The notes under the pieces are model-generated. The model was not told the DNA's origin. It ran no database searches and worked only from the letters and a program-made list of their open reading frames with translations. A stretch of DNA of 64,000 bases, taken from the NCBI GenBank assembly GCA_963740355.1, contig CAVUDW010000002.1, positions 1,056,001 through 1,120,000 on the forward strand. Direction: 5' to 3'. Shown one piece after another: positions 48,944-58,314 of this stretch. Made by a program: the position numbers and the translations under genes. This DNA is from an uncultured Gemmatimonadaceae bacterium (lineage in GTDB: Bacteria > Gemmatimonadota > Gemmatimonadetes > Gemmatimonadales > Gemmatimonadaceae). Positions within the stretch are counted from its first letter, which is position 1; each line of letters opens with the position of its first letter.

Positions 48944-51900
48944 ATGAAACTCATGCCATCGCACTGTCGGCGGCTCGTGACGCTGACGGCGCATTTGTTT
49001 GTGGCGGGGGCACTGGCGGCACAGCCGAGTCCCGCGACCCGCTCCCTGGTCGTGGTCGCCACGACCGACGTCCACGGCCGCCTCCGCGGCTGGGACTACT
49101 ACGACGGCCGCGCCGACAGCGCGCGCAGCCTCGCCGCCGCGGCCACCATCGTGGACTCGATCCGCGCCGCCCATCCCGGGGACGTCCTCCTGGTGGACGC
49201 CGGGGACCTGCTGCAGGGCAACCCGATGATGACGGTGGCCGCCAAAGCCACGGCGGCAAGGGTTCACCCCGTGATCGCGGCCATGAATGTGATGGCCTAT
49301 GACGCGGCAGCCGTGGGCAACCACGAGTTCAACTACGGCCTGCCCCTGCTCAAGCGCGCCATCGCACAGGCGCGATTCCCGTTCCTGTCGGCCAACGCGG
49401 TCGCGGCCCGGCCATCGGACGCATTCCCCCGGTTTACGCTCGTCCGTCGCGGGAATGTGACGGTCGGGATCGTGGGTGCGACCACGCCGGGCGTGATGGT
49501 CTGGGACCGTGACAATGTCCGGGGACGGATCCGATACACCGATATCGTCGCGTCCCTCAAGCGTGCGGCGGCCGATGCCCGGCGTGCCGGCGCCGACATC
49601 GTGGTGGCTGTGGTCCACGCCGGACTCGATGGCCAGGCCACCTATGACACGGTCGCAACGGGGTTGCCGAGCGAAAACGTGGTCAATCGGATCCCGCGCG
49701 AAGTCCCGGGCATCGACCTCGTGGTCTACGGACACTCGCATCGCGAGATGATCGACACGCTCATCAACGGTGTACGGCTGATGCAACCGCGCAACTACGC
49801 GGCGACGGTGGCGGTTGCCACCCTCAACCTGACCCGCGACGGGGGCAAGTGGTCCGTCGCCTCGTCCACCGGTGCGTCGGTGAAGGTGGCCCGCCACGCC
49901 GAATCGGCGGCGGTCCTTCGCGTCACGGAGGAGGCGCACCGGAAAGCGCTGGCGTACGTGGCCGAGTCCCTGGCCGTGACACGTGTTGCCTGGCGGGCCG
50001 ACCAGGCGCGCGCAGTCGACATGCCGATCACCGATCTTGTGGGCGAGGTGATGCGACGCGAGTCCGGGGCGCAGTTGGCTGCTGCGCCGGTCTTCTCGCT
50101 CGACGCACAGCTCGATAGCGGCACCATCACCGTCGCGGCGATCGCCAAGATCTATCCGTACGAAAACACTCTTCGCGCCGTGCGCATCAGCGGGGCACAG
50201 CTGCGCGCCTATCTGGAGCACAGCGCGAAGTACTGGAAGACATGGATCCGTGGCACCACGGCGTCGCTGGTCAACACCACGATCCCGGGATTCAACAACG
50301 ACATCGTCGTCGGCGCCGACTATGAAGTCGACCTCTCGAAGCCAGTCGGACGACGGATCTCGACGCTCGCGGTCGGTGGCACGCCGGTGCGTGACTCCGA
50401 TTCCTTCACCATCGCCCTCAGCAACTATCGCCAGACCGGAGGCGGCGGCTACGCGATGATCGCGAATGCCCCATTGGTCTACGAATCCAAGGGTGACATT
50501 CGCGAGATGATCGTCGAGGCCGTGCGGAAGGCGGGAAAGCTCGACCCGGCGGACTGGGCGCGCGTCAACTGGCGCATCGTACCTGAAGGCGCTGCGGTGG
50601 TGGCGCGTGCGTCACAACGGGGCGGTGCCGGTGATCGCGACGCGCGCGCCACGACTTTCGCCGGTCCGCGACTGCGTGTCATCGGTCTCAACGATTTCCA
50701 TGGCGCGTTCGAATCCCGCATCGGGGCCCGCAGCCAGCCGTTTGGTGGCGCCGGTGCACTGATCGCAGCGATCCGGCGTGCGCAGGCCGAGTGTGCACCG
50801 CCGAGCTGTTACTCGGTGCTGGTTGATGGCGGCGATGAGTTTCAGGGCACACCGGCCTCGAACCTCGCTTTCGGGCGCACCGTGGTGACGCTGTTCGATT
50901 CACTTGGACTGACAGCCGCAGCACTCGGCAATCATGAGTTCGACTACGGCCAGGACACCCTGCGCGCGCGCATCCGCCAGGCATCGTATCCCGTGCTCTC
51001 GGCCAACCTGCGCGATACCCTCGGCAACATCCCCGCCTGGATCAGGCAGGACACGATCGTCACGCGCGGTCCCTTCCAGGTTGGCATCATAGGCATCAGC
51101 ACCATCGAGACGCCGAAGACCACTCGTGCGATCAACGTCACCGACCTGCGATTCATCGATCCTGCCCCGGTCGTGAGCGAGCGGGCCAAGGCACTGCGCG
51201 CGCGAGGGGCGAACGTGATCGTCGTCACCGGCCATGTCGGCGGATTCTGCAACAATGGCGTGTGCGAAGGCGAGATCTTCGACATGGTGAACCGGCTCAC
51301 GTCGCCGGTGGATGTCGTCGTCAGCGGACACTCGCACAGCTACATCAACACGCGCCTTCGGGGCGTGCCGATCGTGCAGGCCCGGTCACGCGGTGAGGCG
51401 ATCGATGTGGTGGACCTGGCGGTTGGCGACACTACTGGGCATGCGACCGGCGACATCAACTTCTCGCGCGTGCTGACGGCGTCGGTACTCGATGTGATGG
51501 CCGATACCATCACCGCCGATCCGCAGGCCGCGCGCATCGCGAAGGCGGCGGTGGACGCGGTGGCGAGCATCATCGCCGAGCCGGTGGGCAAGATCAACAG
51601 CGACATGAAGCGCGATGGCTCGCAGTATGCGCTCGGCAACCTCGTGGCGGACGCGATGCGCGAGGCCGCGAGGAGTGACATCGCCGTCATGAACAACGGC
51701 GGCATTCGCGCCAATCTGCTGGCCGGCGACGTGAACTTCGGCCGCCTCTACGAAGTGCAGCCGTTCGGCAATACGCTCTACACCCTCAAGGTACGGGGCG
51801 CCGACCTGCGAGCGTACCTGTCGCGGTTGGTCGCAGGCAATTCTCCACGTGCCCATCTCAGTGGTGTTGCGCTGCGCTGGGATCCGGCGCGGCCGGCCGA

Positions 51901-52138
51901 TGACCGCATCGTCGAGGTCACCGTCGCTGGAAAGGCGATCGATGCCAGGCGGATCTACACCATCACACTCAATGACTTCATGGTCACGGGCGGTGATGGG
52001 CTGGGACTGGCCGGTGTCGCGCTCGAGACACGTGCCACCAACATCGTCGATCTCGACGCGCTCGTGTCGTACGTTCGTGCCCGCCCGCAGGGAGTGGTTG
52101 CTCCCGCTGTTGATCGCATCGTGTCAGTCACTCCATGA
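48944..52138 (+). CDS. Exported tandem nucleotidase: CpdB-like 2',3'-cyclic phosphodiesterase/3'-nucleotidase fused to a UshA-like 5'-nucleotidase
   Basis: Two complete metallophosphoesterase motif sets (TTDVHG, DAGDLLQGNP, GNHEFNYG, GHSH; LNDFHG, DGGDEFQGT, GNHEFDYG, GHSH), each followed by a nucleotidase C-domain (YPYENTL/NYRQTGGGGY; NNGGIR/QPFGN/GGDG); signal peptide. Confidence 0.9.
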   Translation: MKLMPSHCRRLVTLTAHLFVAGALAAQPSPATRSLVVVATTDVHGRLRGWDYYDGRADSARSLAAAATIVDSIRAAHPGDVLLVDAGDLLQGNPMMTVAAKATAARVHPVIAAMNVMAYDAAAVGNHEFNYGLPLLKRAIAQARFPFLSANAVAARPSDAFPRFTLVRRGNVTVGIVGATTPGVMVWDRDNVRGRIRYTDIVASLKRAAADARRAGADIVVAVVHAGLDGQATYDTVATGLPSENVVNRIPREVPGIDLVVYGHSHREMIDTLINGVRLMQPRNYAATVAVATLNLTRDGGKWSVASSTGASVKVARHAESAAVLRVTEEAHRKALAYVAESLAVTRVAWRADQARAVDMPITDLVGEVMRRESGAQLAAAPVFSLDAQLDSGTITVAAIAKIYPYENTLRAVRISGAQLRAYLEHSAKYWKTWIRGTTASLVNTTIPGFNNDIVVGADYEVDLSKPVGRRISTLAVGGTPVRDSDSFTIALSNYRQTGGGGYAMIANAPLVYESKGDIREMIVEAVRKAGKLDPADWARVNWRIVPEGAAVVARASQRGGAGDRDARATTFAGPRLRVIGLNDFHGAFESRIGARSQPFGGAGALIAAIRRAQAECAPPSCYSVLVDGGDEFQGTPASNLAFGRTVVTLFDSLGLTAAALGNHEFDYGQDTLRARIRQASYPVLSANLRDTLGNIPAWIRQDTIVTRGPFQVGIIGISTIETPKTTRAINVTDLRFIDPAPVVSERAKALRARGANVIVVTGHVGGFCNNGVCEGEIFDMVNRLTSPVDVVVSGHSHSYINTRLRGVPIVQARSRGEAIDVVDLAVGDTTGHATGDINFSRVLTASVLDVMADTITADPQAARIAKAAVDAVASIIAEPVGKINSDMKRDGSQYALGNLVADAMREAARSDIAVMNNGGIRANLLAGDVNFGRLYEVQPFGNTLYTLKVRGADLRAYLSRLVAGNSPRAHLSGVALRWDPARPADDRIVEVTVAGKAIDARRIYTITLNDFMVTGGDGLGLAGVALETRATNIVDLDALVSYVRARPQGVVAPAVDRIVSVTP

Positions 52139-52374
52139 CCATGTCTACCGTTCGTGTGTTCGTGAATGCCCGCGGGCATGATGTCCCGCCTGGCGCCTCG
52201 GCGCTCGATGCCGTGCGCATCGCCGACGCAGCCGAAGCCGATGGCGTGACCGCCGGTACCCGCCAGATCACCGACAGCCGCGGCATCGCGGTGCAGCCCG
52301 AGACACCGGTGTATGGCGGTGTGATCTATCGCACCGTTGCCAACCGTGAACGCGACCCCGGGAGCACGTCGTGA
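52135..52374 (+). CDS. Small hypothetical protein, possibly beta-grasp fold
   Basis: 79 aa with 4-nt overlaps on both sides; VRVFVNARGHDVPPGASALDAV resembles 2Fe-2S/ThiS-like N-termini but there is no Cys. Confidence 0.65.
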   Translation: MTMSTVRVFVNARGHDVPPGASALDAVRIADAAEADGVTAGTRQITDSRGIAVQPETPVYGGVIYRTVANRERDPGSTS

Positions 52375-53426
52375 GCCCGAGTCTGGTGGCGTCGGATCGG
52401 TCGCTGCTGCGGCGATTGCCGAAGGCGGAACTGCACTGCCATCTCGACGGTTCGGTGCGGCCGGAGACGATGATCGAGCTGGCGAAGGAGTACAAGGTCG
52501 CCATGCCACGCGACGACGCCGATGCCTTGCGCGAGTACATGCGTGTGGACGATGCGCGAAATCTCGAGGATTACCTGCTGCGCTTCGACACCACGCTGTC
52601 GGTGATGCAGACGGAAGAAGCGCTCGAGCGCATCGCCTACGAACTGGCGATCGACGTCGCGGCCGAAGGCGTTCGCTACATCGAGATGCGCTACGCACCG
52701 CCGCTCAACACGTTGCAGGGGATGACGCTCGCACAGGCCGTGGAGGCGCCACTGCGTGGCATCGCCAAGGCGCAGAAGGAAGCCGACATCACCGCCCGCG
52801 TCATCGTCTGCAGCCTGCGGCACTACGATCCGGAACTGTCACTGCAGCTGGCCAAGCTGGCTGTCGGCTACAAGGATCGTGGCGTGGTCGGCTTCGATCT
52901 CGCCGGCGGCGAAATCGGCAACCCGGCGTCACGGCACGCGGCGGCGTTTGCCTACTGCGAGGAACATGGCCTGGCCTGCACCTGTCACGCTGGTGAGGGT
53001 GACGGTCCGGATTCGATCCGGCAGGCGGTGCACGATTGTCACGCACATCGCATCGGGCACGCCACACGACTGCTGGAAGACGTGACGTTGCTCGAGGAAG
53101 TCCACGAACGTGGCATCGCACTCGAACTCTGCCTCACCAGCAACGTGCAAACGCGCGCCACCGAACGGTACGAGACCCACCCGTTGAAGCAGTTCCTTGC
53201 GCGCGGCATGAACGTCTGCCTCAATACCGATAATCGCCTCATGTCCGCCACCACCCTCGTCGACGAGTACCATCACGCGGCCGTGAGTTGCGATTGCACG
53301 TTCGATGAACTGGCAGGGATGGCGCTCGATGGATTCCGCAGCAGTTTCCTTCCGGACGCGGAGAAGGTGGCGATGGTGTCGCGCATGGAGCGTGAGATCG
53401 AGGCAATCCGCACGGGGCAGGGATGA
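52371..53426 (+). CDS. add: Adenosine deaminase
   Basis: LPKAELHCHLDGS, GFDLAGGE, HAGE, RIGH, ELCLTSN, NTDN. Confidence 0.93.
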   Translation: MSPSLVASDRSLLRRLPKAELHCHLDGSVRPETMIELAKEYKVAMPRDDADALREYMRVDDARNLEDYLLRFDTTLSVMQTEEALERIAYELAIDVAAEGVRYIEMRYAPPLNTLQGMTLAQAVEAPLRGIAKAQKEADITARVIVCSLRHYDPELSLQLAKLAVGYKDRGVVGFDLAGGEIGNPASRHAAAFAYCEEHGLACTCHAGEGDGPDSIRQAVHDCHAHRIGHATRLLEDVTLLEEVHERGIALELCLTSNVQTRATERYETHPLKQFLARGMNVCLNTDNRLMSATTLVDEYHHAAVSCDCTFDELAGMALDGFRSSFLPDAEKVAMVSRMEREIEAIRTGQG

Positions 53427-54313
53427 GCACAGGTCACGTCCAGTCGGGCGACGAGTGGGAACCGGTGTCGGAAGCCGAGCTGCAGGAGCACTATGGCGCC
53501 GATGCAGCCGCGGTCGCGGCTGGTGTCGTGCGCGCGAGAGCGGGCCGGCCGTTGCCGACGCCGGTGGCGGCGATCGTGCTCGGATCGGGGCTGGGGGGGC
53601 TCGCTGAGCAGATCGATGATGCGGTGCGCATCCCCTTTCACGACGTTCCGGGATTTCCACCGGCAACCGTGGAAGGGCATGCCGGCGCGCTGATCATCGG
53701 AACGCTGGCCGGCAAGCCGGTCATCTGCCTCGCCGGCCGCTTTCACTTGTATGAGGCGCATCCCGCTGCGGTGGCGGTATTTCCGGTTCGGCTGGCGCAC
53801 GCCCTCGGCGCAGAGACACTGATCGTCTCGAATGCCGCGGGTGGTATCCGGCGGACATTCATGCCCGGCACGCTGATGCGGATCGAGGATCACATCAACC
53901 TGATGAATCGACATCCGCTGGCGGGTCCATCACAGCCGGGTGAGCCACGTTTTCCCGACATGTCGGCGCCGTATGATCGGGCGCTCGGTGCGAGTCTCGA
54001 TGCGACCGCGCGCACCATGGGCCTGCGGCTCGATGTGGGCGTCTACTGCGGTCTGCTCGGCCCGACGTACGAAACGCCAGCCGAAGTACGGATGCTGGAG
54101 AAACTCGGTGCTGACGCGGTCGGGATGAGCACCGTCCCTGAAGTGATCATGGCGCGCACGCTCGGCATGCGGTGCGTTGGTGTGAGCCTGATCACCAATG
54201 CCGCAGCGGGCTACACCGCCAACCTGCTGAACCACGCCGAAGTCCTGCACGAATCGAAGGACGCAGCCGGTCGATTCCAGTCCCTCATTTCCAGCTTCGT
54301 CGCAACGCTCTGA
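53423..54313 (+). CDS. punA: Purine nucleoside phosphorylase (trimeric type)
   Basis: VLGSGLGG, TVEGHAG, GRFHLYE, SNAAGG, GPTYETPAE, DAVGMSTVPE, LITN, HAEV. Confidence 0.92.
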   Translation: MSTGHVQSGDEWEPVSEAELQEHYGADAAAVAAGVVRARAGRPLPTPVAAIVLGSGLGGLAEQIDDAVRIPFHDVPGFPPATVEGHAGALIIGTLAGKPVICLAGRFHLYEAHPAAVAVFPVRLAHALGAETLIVSNAAGGIRRTFMPGTLMRIEDHINLMNRHPLAGPSQPGEPRFPDMSAPYDRALGASLDATARTMGLRLDVGVYCGLLGPTYETPAEVRMLEKLGADAVGMSTVPEVIMARTLGMRCVGVSLITNAAAGYTANLLNHAEVLHESKDAAGRFQSLISSFVATL

Positions 54314-54402
54314 AATCGCCGAGTGCCTGTGCCGCGGTCACCGTCGGACGGCAGATGATTCCGCCCGACGGTGACGCGACTTGGCGCTGATCCTACCGGA
54401 CG

Positions 54403-55227
54403 CTATTTCCCCGGCTTCGGCGTCTGCGGCAAGGAGGCGAGTCGTGCCTTGAAGCGCTGGTACGCCGGTGTGTCTTTCGTCAGGCCATCGAGCGATCCTG
54501 GCGGCAGTGCCGCAATGGCGCGACGCGTGGCCGCGATGCGGTCTTCCTCGATCGGGTGACTGGCCAGCCAGCTGGAACTGCCGCCGCCTTTGGCATCGCG
54601 CGCGGCCAGCATGATCTCGAACATTTCGGGCAACCCGCGAGGATCAATTCCAGCTCGCAGCACATACTTCACGCCGAACTGGTCGGCCTCGGCTTCATCG
54701 CCGCGGCTGAACTTCGCCATGATGGCCGTGGCCCCAAGGTTGAGCAGGTCGCCGCCACCGTTCTGGCAGAAGCTGGGCTGGAGAATGCAGGCCAGCGTGG
54801 CGCCGATGCCAACCTTCTGCCCCTTCTCCATCTGCTGCACCGAGTGTCGTTGCGTGACGTGCGCGATTTCGTGGCCCACCACGCCCGCCAGCTGCGACAA
54901 CGTCTGCGCCTTCATGATCAGGCCCTTGTTGACGTAGATGTAGCCGCCCGGCACCGCGAAGGCGTTGATCTCGGGATCATCCACGATCGAGAAACGCCAG
55001 TTGCGGCCCTGATCGTCCACCAACACGGCCAGCGAATCGCCGAGACGATTGATGTAGGCATTCACTTCCGGGTCGCGCACGATCGGCAGTTGCGCGTTAA
55101 TCTGCTGGGAATAGCTGAGGCCCATCTCCGCTTCTTTCTGCGGCGAGATGCTCGCGCAGCCGGTCGCCGATACCAGCAGCGCCGCGGCCGTGCAGAACGA
55201 AAGGATGTGTGATCGTGTGGTACTCAT
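54403..55227 (-). CDS. M48 family zinc metalloprotease lipoprotein
   Basis: Lipobox ATGC, INAFAVPGG, GHEIAH (HExxH), FSRGDEAEAD, SHP. Confidence 0.9.
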   Translation of the reverse strand: MSTTRSHILSFCTAAALLVSATGCASISPQKEAEMGLSYSQQINAQLPIVRDPEVNAYINRLGDSLAVLVDDQGRNWRFSIVDDPEINAFAVPGGYIYVNKGLIMKAQTLSQLAGVVGHEIAHVTQRHSVQQMEKGQKVGIGATLACILQPSFCQNGGGDLLNLGATAIMAKFSRGDEAEADQFGVKYVLRAGIDPRGLPEMFEIMLAARDAKGGGSSSWLASHPIEEDRIAATRRAIAALPPGSLDGLTKDTPAYQRFKARLASLPQTPKPGK

Positions 55228-55263
55228 TGCGCGAATTCCATTGGACGTCCTGAGAGGTCTGTC

Positions 55264-56016
55264 GTGAGTTTGCTGACCGTAGCCCGCGACCTGCAACGTC
55301 GCAAGGCGCGTGAACGCAGTGGGCGCTTTGTCGCGGAAGGGGTGCGAACGATCGAGGAGTTGCTGCGGAGCAGACTCGCGATCGATGGCATCCTCGCCGC
55401 CGACGACGCTCGCTCCGTCCCGCGTACTGCCGACCTGCTCGATCGCGCCGCCGAGGCTGGCGTGCCGATCATGACCGTGTCAGCACGCGAGTTCTCGACC
55501 GCAGCCGGCACAGAGGCACCACAGGGGGTGCTGGCCGTCGCGGTCACGCCAGTCTGGACTCTCGAGTCGCTTCCCTCGAGCGGACACCGGCTGCTGGTCC
55601 TGGATGCCGTACAGGACCCCGGGAACGTCGGAACGATCCTCCGGACCGCGGCTGCCTTCGCGGCCTCGGCCACCATCGCGCTGCCGGGAACTGTTGACCT
55701 TTGGAATGCGAAGGTCGTCCGTAGCGCGATGGGCAGTCACTTCGTCCACCCCACCGTCGCTTGTACCGTTGACGCGCTTGCCCCGTTCCTCGCGGAACGC
55801 GGGATTCCCTTATGGGGCGCTGACGCGGCCGGGACTCCGCTCCCGGAAGTCGAGATCCCCTCGGAATGGGCGCTCGCGGTGGGGAACGAGGGGGCTGGCC
55901 TGTCTCCTGCAGTCCAGTCGCTCGTCACGGGGACCGTCGCGCTGCCGATCAGCGTCGCGGTCGAGTCGCTCAACGTGGCGGTCGCGACTGGAATCCTTCT
56001 GTTTGCCTTCCGCTGA
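55264..56016 (+). CDS. TrmH/SpoU family RNA methyltransferase
   Basis: FVAEG, PQGV, VQDPGNVGTILRTA, VRSAMGS, GNEGAGL, ESLNVAVA. Confidence 0.92.
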   Translation: MSLLTVARDLQRRKARERSGRFVAEGVRTIEELLRSRLAIDGILAADDARSVPRTADLLDRAAEAGVPIMTVSAREFSTAAGTEAPQGVLAVAVTPVWTLESLPSSGHRLLVLDAVQDPGNVGTILRTAAAFAASATIALPGTVDLWNAKVVRSAMGSHFVHPTVACTVDALAPFLAERGIPLWGADAAGTPLPEVEIPSEWALAVGNEGAGLSPAVQSLVTGTVALPISVAVESLNVAVATGILLFAFR

Positions 56017-56021
56017 GTCCA

Positions 56022-56861
56022 GTGAACGCCACCCTGTTGACCACGCTCACCTACGCGCTGTTCGGAGCCTGCTTCGGCTCGTTCCTGAACGTGTGCGTCT
56101 CGCGCTGGCCCGCGGGCCTCTCTGTGGTCCGGCCTGCCAGTCGGTGTCCGAAGTGTGAGCGCGAGATCCGGTGGCACGAAAACGTCCCGGTGCTCGGTTG
56201 GCTTCGACTGCGCGGCAAGTGCGCCGGCTGTGCGCTGCCGATTTCGATCGAGTATCCCCTGGTCGAGATCACCGTGGCGCTGCTGTGGGCCGGCTCGGCC
56301 TTCCTCGCCGGTTGGGGGCTGGATGCGCTTCGGCTCGCCACCTTCTCGACGATCATGTTCGGCATCACGCTCACCGACGCCAAGCACTACGTGATTCCTG
56401 ATGGATTCACCGTGTTCGGTTTCCTGTTCGTGCTCATCACCAGTGTGATCGCCTTCTTCAACGGTTCCACCGAGCAGTGGTTTGCGCCGCCGATCGAGGC
56501 GCTGTACGGCGCCTGCGCCGGCGCGGGTTTCATCGCCATCATCGGCTGGCTTGGCGAAGTTGCGCTGAAGAAGGAAGCGATGGGTTTTGGTGACGCCACG
56601 TTGATGGCCGTGGTCGGTGCTGCGATCGGCCCGACGCGCGCCATCATCACTGTCTTCGTGGCGGCCGCACTCGGTGCCACGGCATTCCTCTGCGTGGTGT
56701 ACCCGATTGCGTATGCGCGTGCCAGGAAGCAGGGGAAGGAGTTCGAGCCGCCGCTCGTTCCGTTCGGCGTGTTTCTCGCGCCGGCGGCAGTCGCAATGCT
56801 GCTGGCGGGCCAGCCGCTGCTCGACTGGGGCAGTACCTTGCTCGGTGTTCCGCTGCGCTGA
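56022..56861 (+). CDS. pilD: Prepilin peptidase / N-methyltransferase (A24)
   Basis: GSFLNVC, SRCPKC, NVPVLGWLRLRGKCAGC, YPLVE, TD...IPD, MGFGD, VPFGVFL. Confidence 0.9.
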   Translation: MNATLLTTLTYALFGACFGSFLNVCVSRWPAGLSVVRPASRCPKCEREIRWHENVPVLGWLRLRGKCAGCALPISIEYPLVEITVALLWAGSAFLAGWGLDALRLATFSTIMFGITLTDAKHYVIPDGFTVFGFLFVLITSVIAFFNGSTEQWFAPPIEALYGACAGAGFIAIIGWLGEVALKKEAMGFGDATLMAVVGAAIGPTRAIITVFVAAALGATAFLCVVYPIAYARARKQGKEFEPPLVPFGVFLAPAAVAMLLAGQPLLDWGSTLLGVPLR

Positions 56862-56911
56862 TTTCCAGTCACCGCGCCACTGCCGGTTTTCGCATCCCCG
56901 ACCCTGATCTC

Positions 56912-58141
56912 GTGCGCCGTTTCGTTCTCGTCCCGCTCGTTGCCCTGGCGCTTGGCGCCTGTGATCGCAAGCCGCTGCCGAAGGCCGGTGACCTGCAGGG
57001 AGAAGTCGAGGCGCTGGTGCCGAAGGTGGAGGAGGCGTCGGGCCTGAAGTTCAAGCAGCCGCCGAAAGTTGCGACGCAGTCGCAGGACGAGGTGCAGAAA
57101 TTCCTCATCGCGCAATTCGCGCGACCGGAAGTGCGCCGCGATCTGGACTTCAAGGTCGGTGTCTGGAAGCGCATCGGCGTGGTGCCGGATTCAGTCGATG
57201 TCGTCGGACTTCTGACGCGCCTGCTCTCGGAACAGGTGGTCGGTTTCTACGACCCCAAGCGCAAGACGCTTTTCGTGGTCGAGGGACGGGCAGGCGTCGA
57301 GCGTGAAACCGTCATCCGGCACGAGCTGACGCACGCGCTGCAGGACCAGTACGTGAATCTCGATTCGATCCAGAACCTCCAGAACGATGATGATCGCGTG
57401 GAAGCGGCGCAGGCGGTCTTCGAGGGCCACGCCACCGTGATCATGATCGGCAACGCCGCACGCACGATTGCGTGGGACAAGGCCCGTGAAGGGATTCGTG
57501 ATGCGCGCGCCGCGAATCCGATCTTCAACGCGGCACCGGCATTTCTCGCGGAAGGGCTGCTCTTCCCGTACCTCGGTGGCGCCGAGTTCGTGCGCAACCA
57601 GATGGGCGATGGAATCACCAGTGCACAACTCCTGGCCGAGCTGCCCACGAGCACGTCGCAGGTGCTGCACAAGGAACGGTGGGGCGCGAAAGGCAATCCT
57701 GCCGAAGTCGTGCGGTTCACCCCCGCTGCCGGAACGACGATCCGCTACGAGAACAGCTTCGGTGAGTTCGAGACGCGCCTAGCGCTGGCCGAGTTGCTCG
57801 GAGACGTGTCGCGCGCGTCGGCGGCGGCGCGAGGGCAGGACGGCGACCGGTATGCGGTGCTCACGACGCCTGCCGGCGAAGGACTCGCCTGGGTCAGCGT
57901 GTGGGACTCGCCGCTGGACGCGGAGGAGTTCGCTGAGGCGTATGCCGGCGCAATGGCCAAGCGCTACAAGTCGACCGTCGTGTCCACAAATGGCCGGCGC
58001 GAGATCACTGGCGAAGGGCGCCATGTGACGATCCGGACCGACAAGGCGGGCGGCCGCGACGTGACCCTGGTCGAGGACCTGCCCGCGGCCGCGAAAACGC
58101 CGGTGATTCCGACCTCCGGCATCACGATTCGGGCACGCTGA
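56912..58141 (+). CDS. Lipoprotein with zinc-metallopeptidase-like HExxH motif
   Basis: Lipobox LALGAC; GFYDP, HELTHALQDQ, EGHA, FPYLGG...PTSTSQVLH, GEF, WDSPLDAEEF. Confidence 0.75.
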   Translation: MRRFVLVPLVALALGACDRKPLPKAGDLQGEVEALVPKVEEASGLKFKQPPKVATQSQDEVQKFLIAQFARPEVRRDLDFKVGVWKRIGVVPDSVDVVGLLTRLLSEQVVGFYDPKRKTLFVVEGRAGVERETVIRHELTHALQDQYVNLDSIQNLQNDDDRVEAAQAVFEGHATVIMIGNAARTIAWDKAREGIRDARAANPIFNAAPAFLAEGLLFPYLGGAEFVRNQMGDGITSAQLLAELPTSTSQVLHKERWGAKGNPAEVVRFTPAAGTTIRYENSFGEFETRLALAELLGDVSRASAAARGQDGDRYAVLTTPAGEGLAWVSVWDSPLDAEEFAEAYAGAMAKRYKSTVVSTNGRREITGEGRHVTIRTDKAGGRDVTLVEDLPAAAKTPVIPTSGITIRAR

Positions 58142-58314
58142 GCGGCGTCGCCCGTCGAGCGAATCGGGCGCCACGTCCGTAGACGAACGGTGGCGCCGAA
58201 GGGGATTGCGGGACAAGTTCAGCTTTGCGAACTGTGCCGTGGCAACGCGGCGTCCGACGCTTTCTCGTCCGCTGGAGCCCCCAGCACGGACGGTGATCCC
58301 TCATATTTCCGTGC

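Noticed and set aside
48749..50221. 490-aa minus-strand ORF upstream of udk
   Set aside because: Antisense shadow of the nucleotidase that runs through the regulatory region; no recognisable domain.
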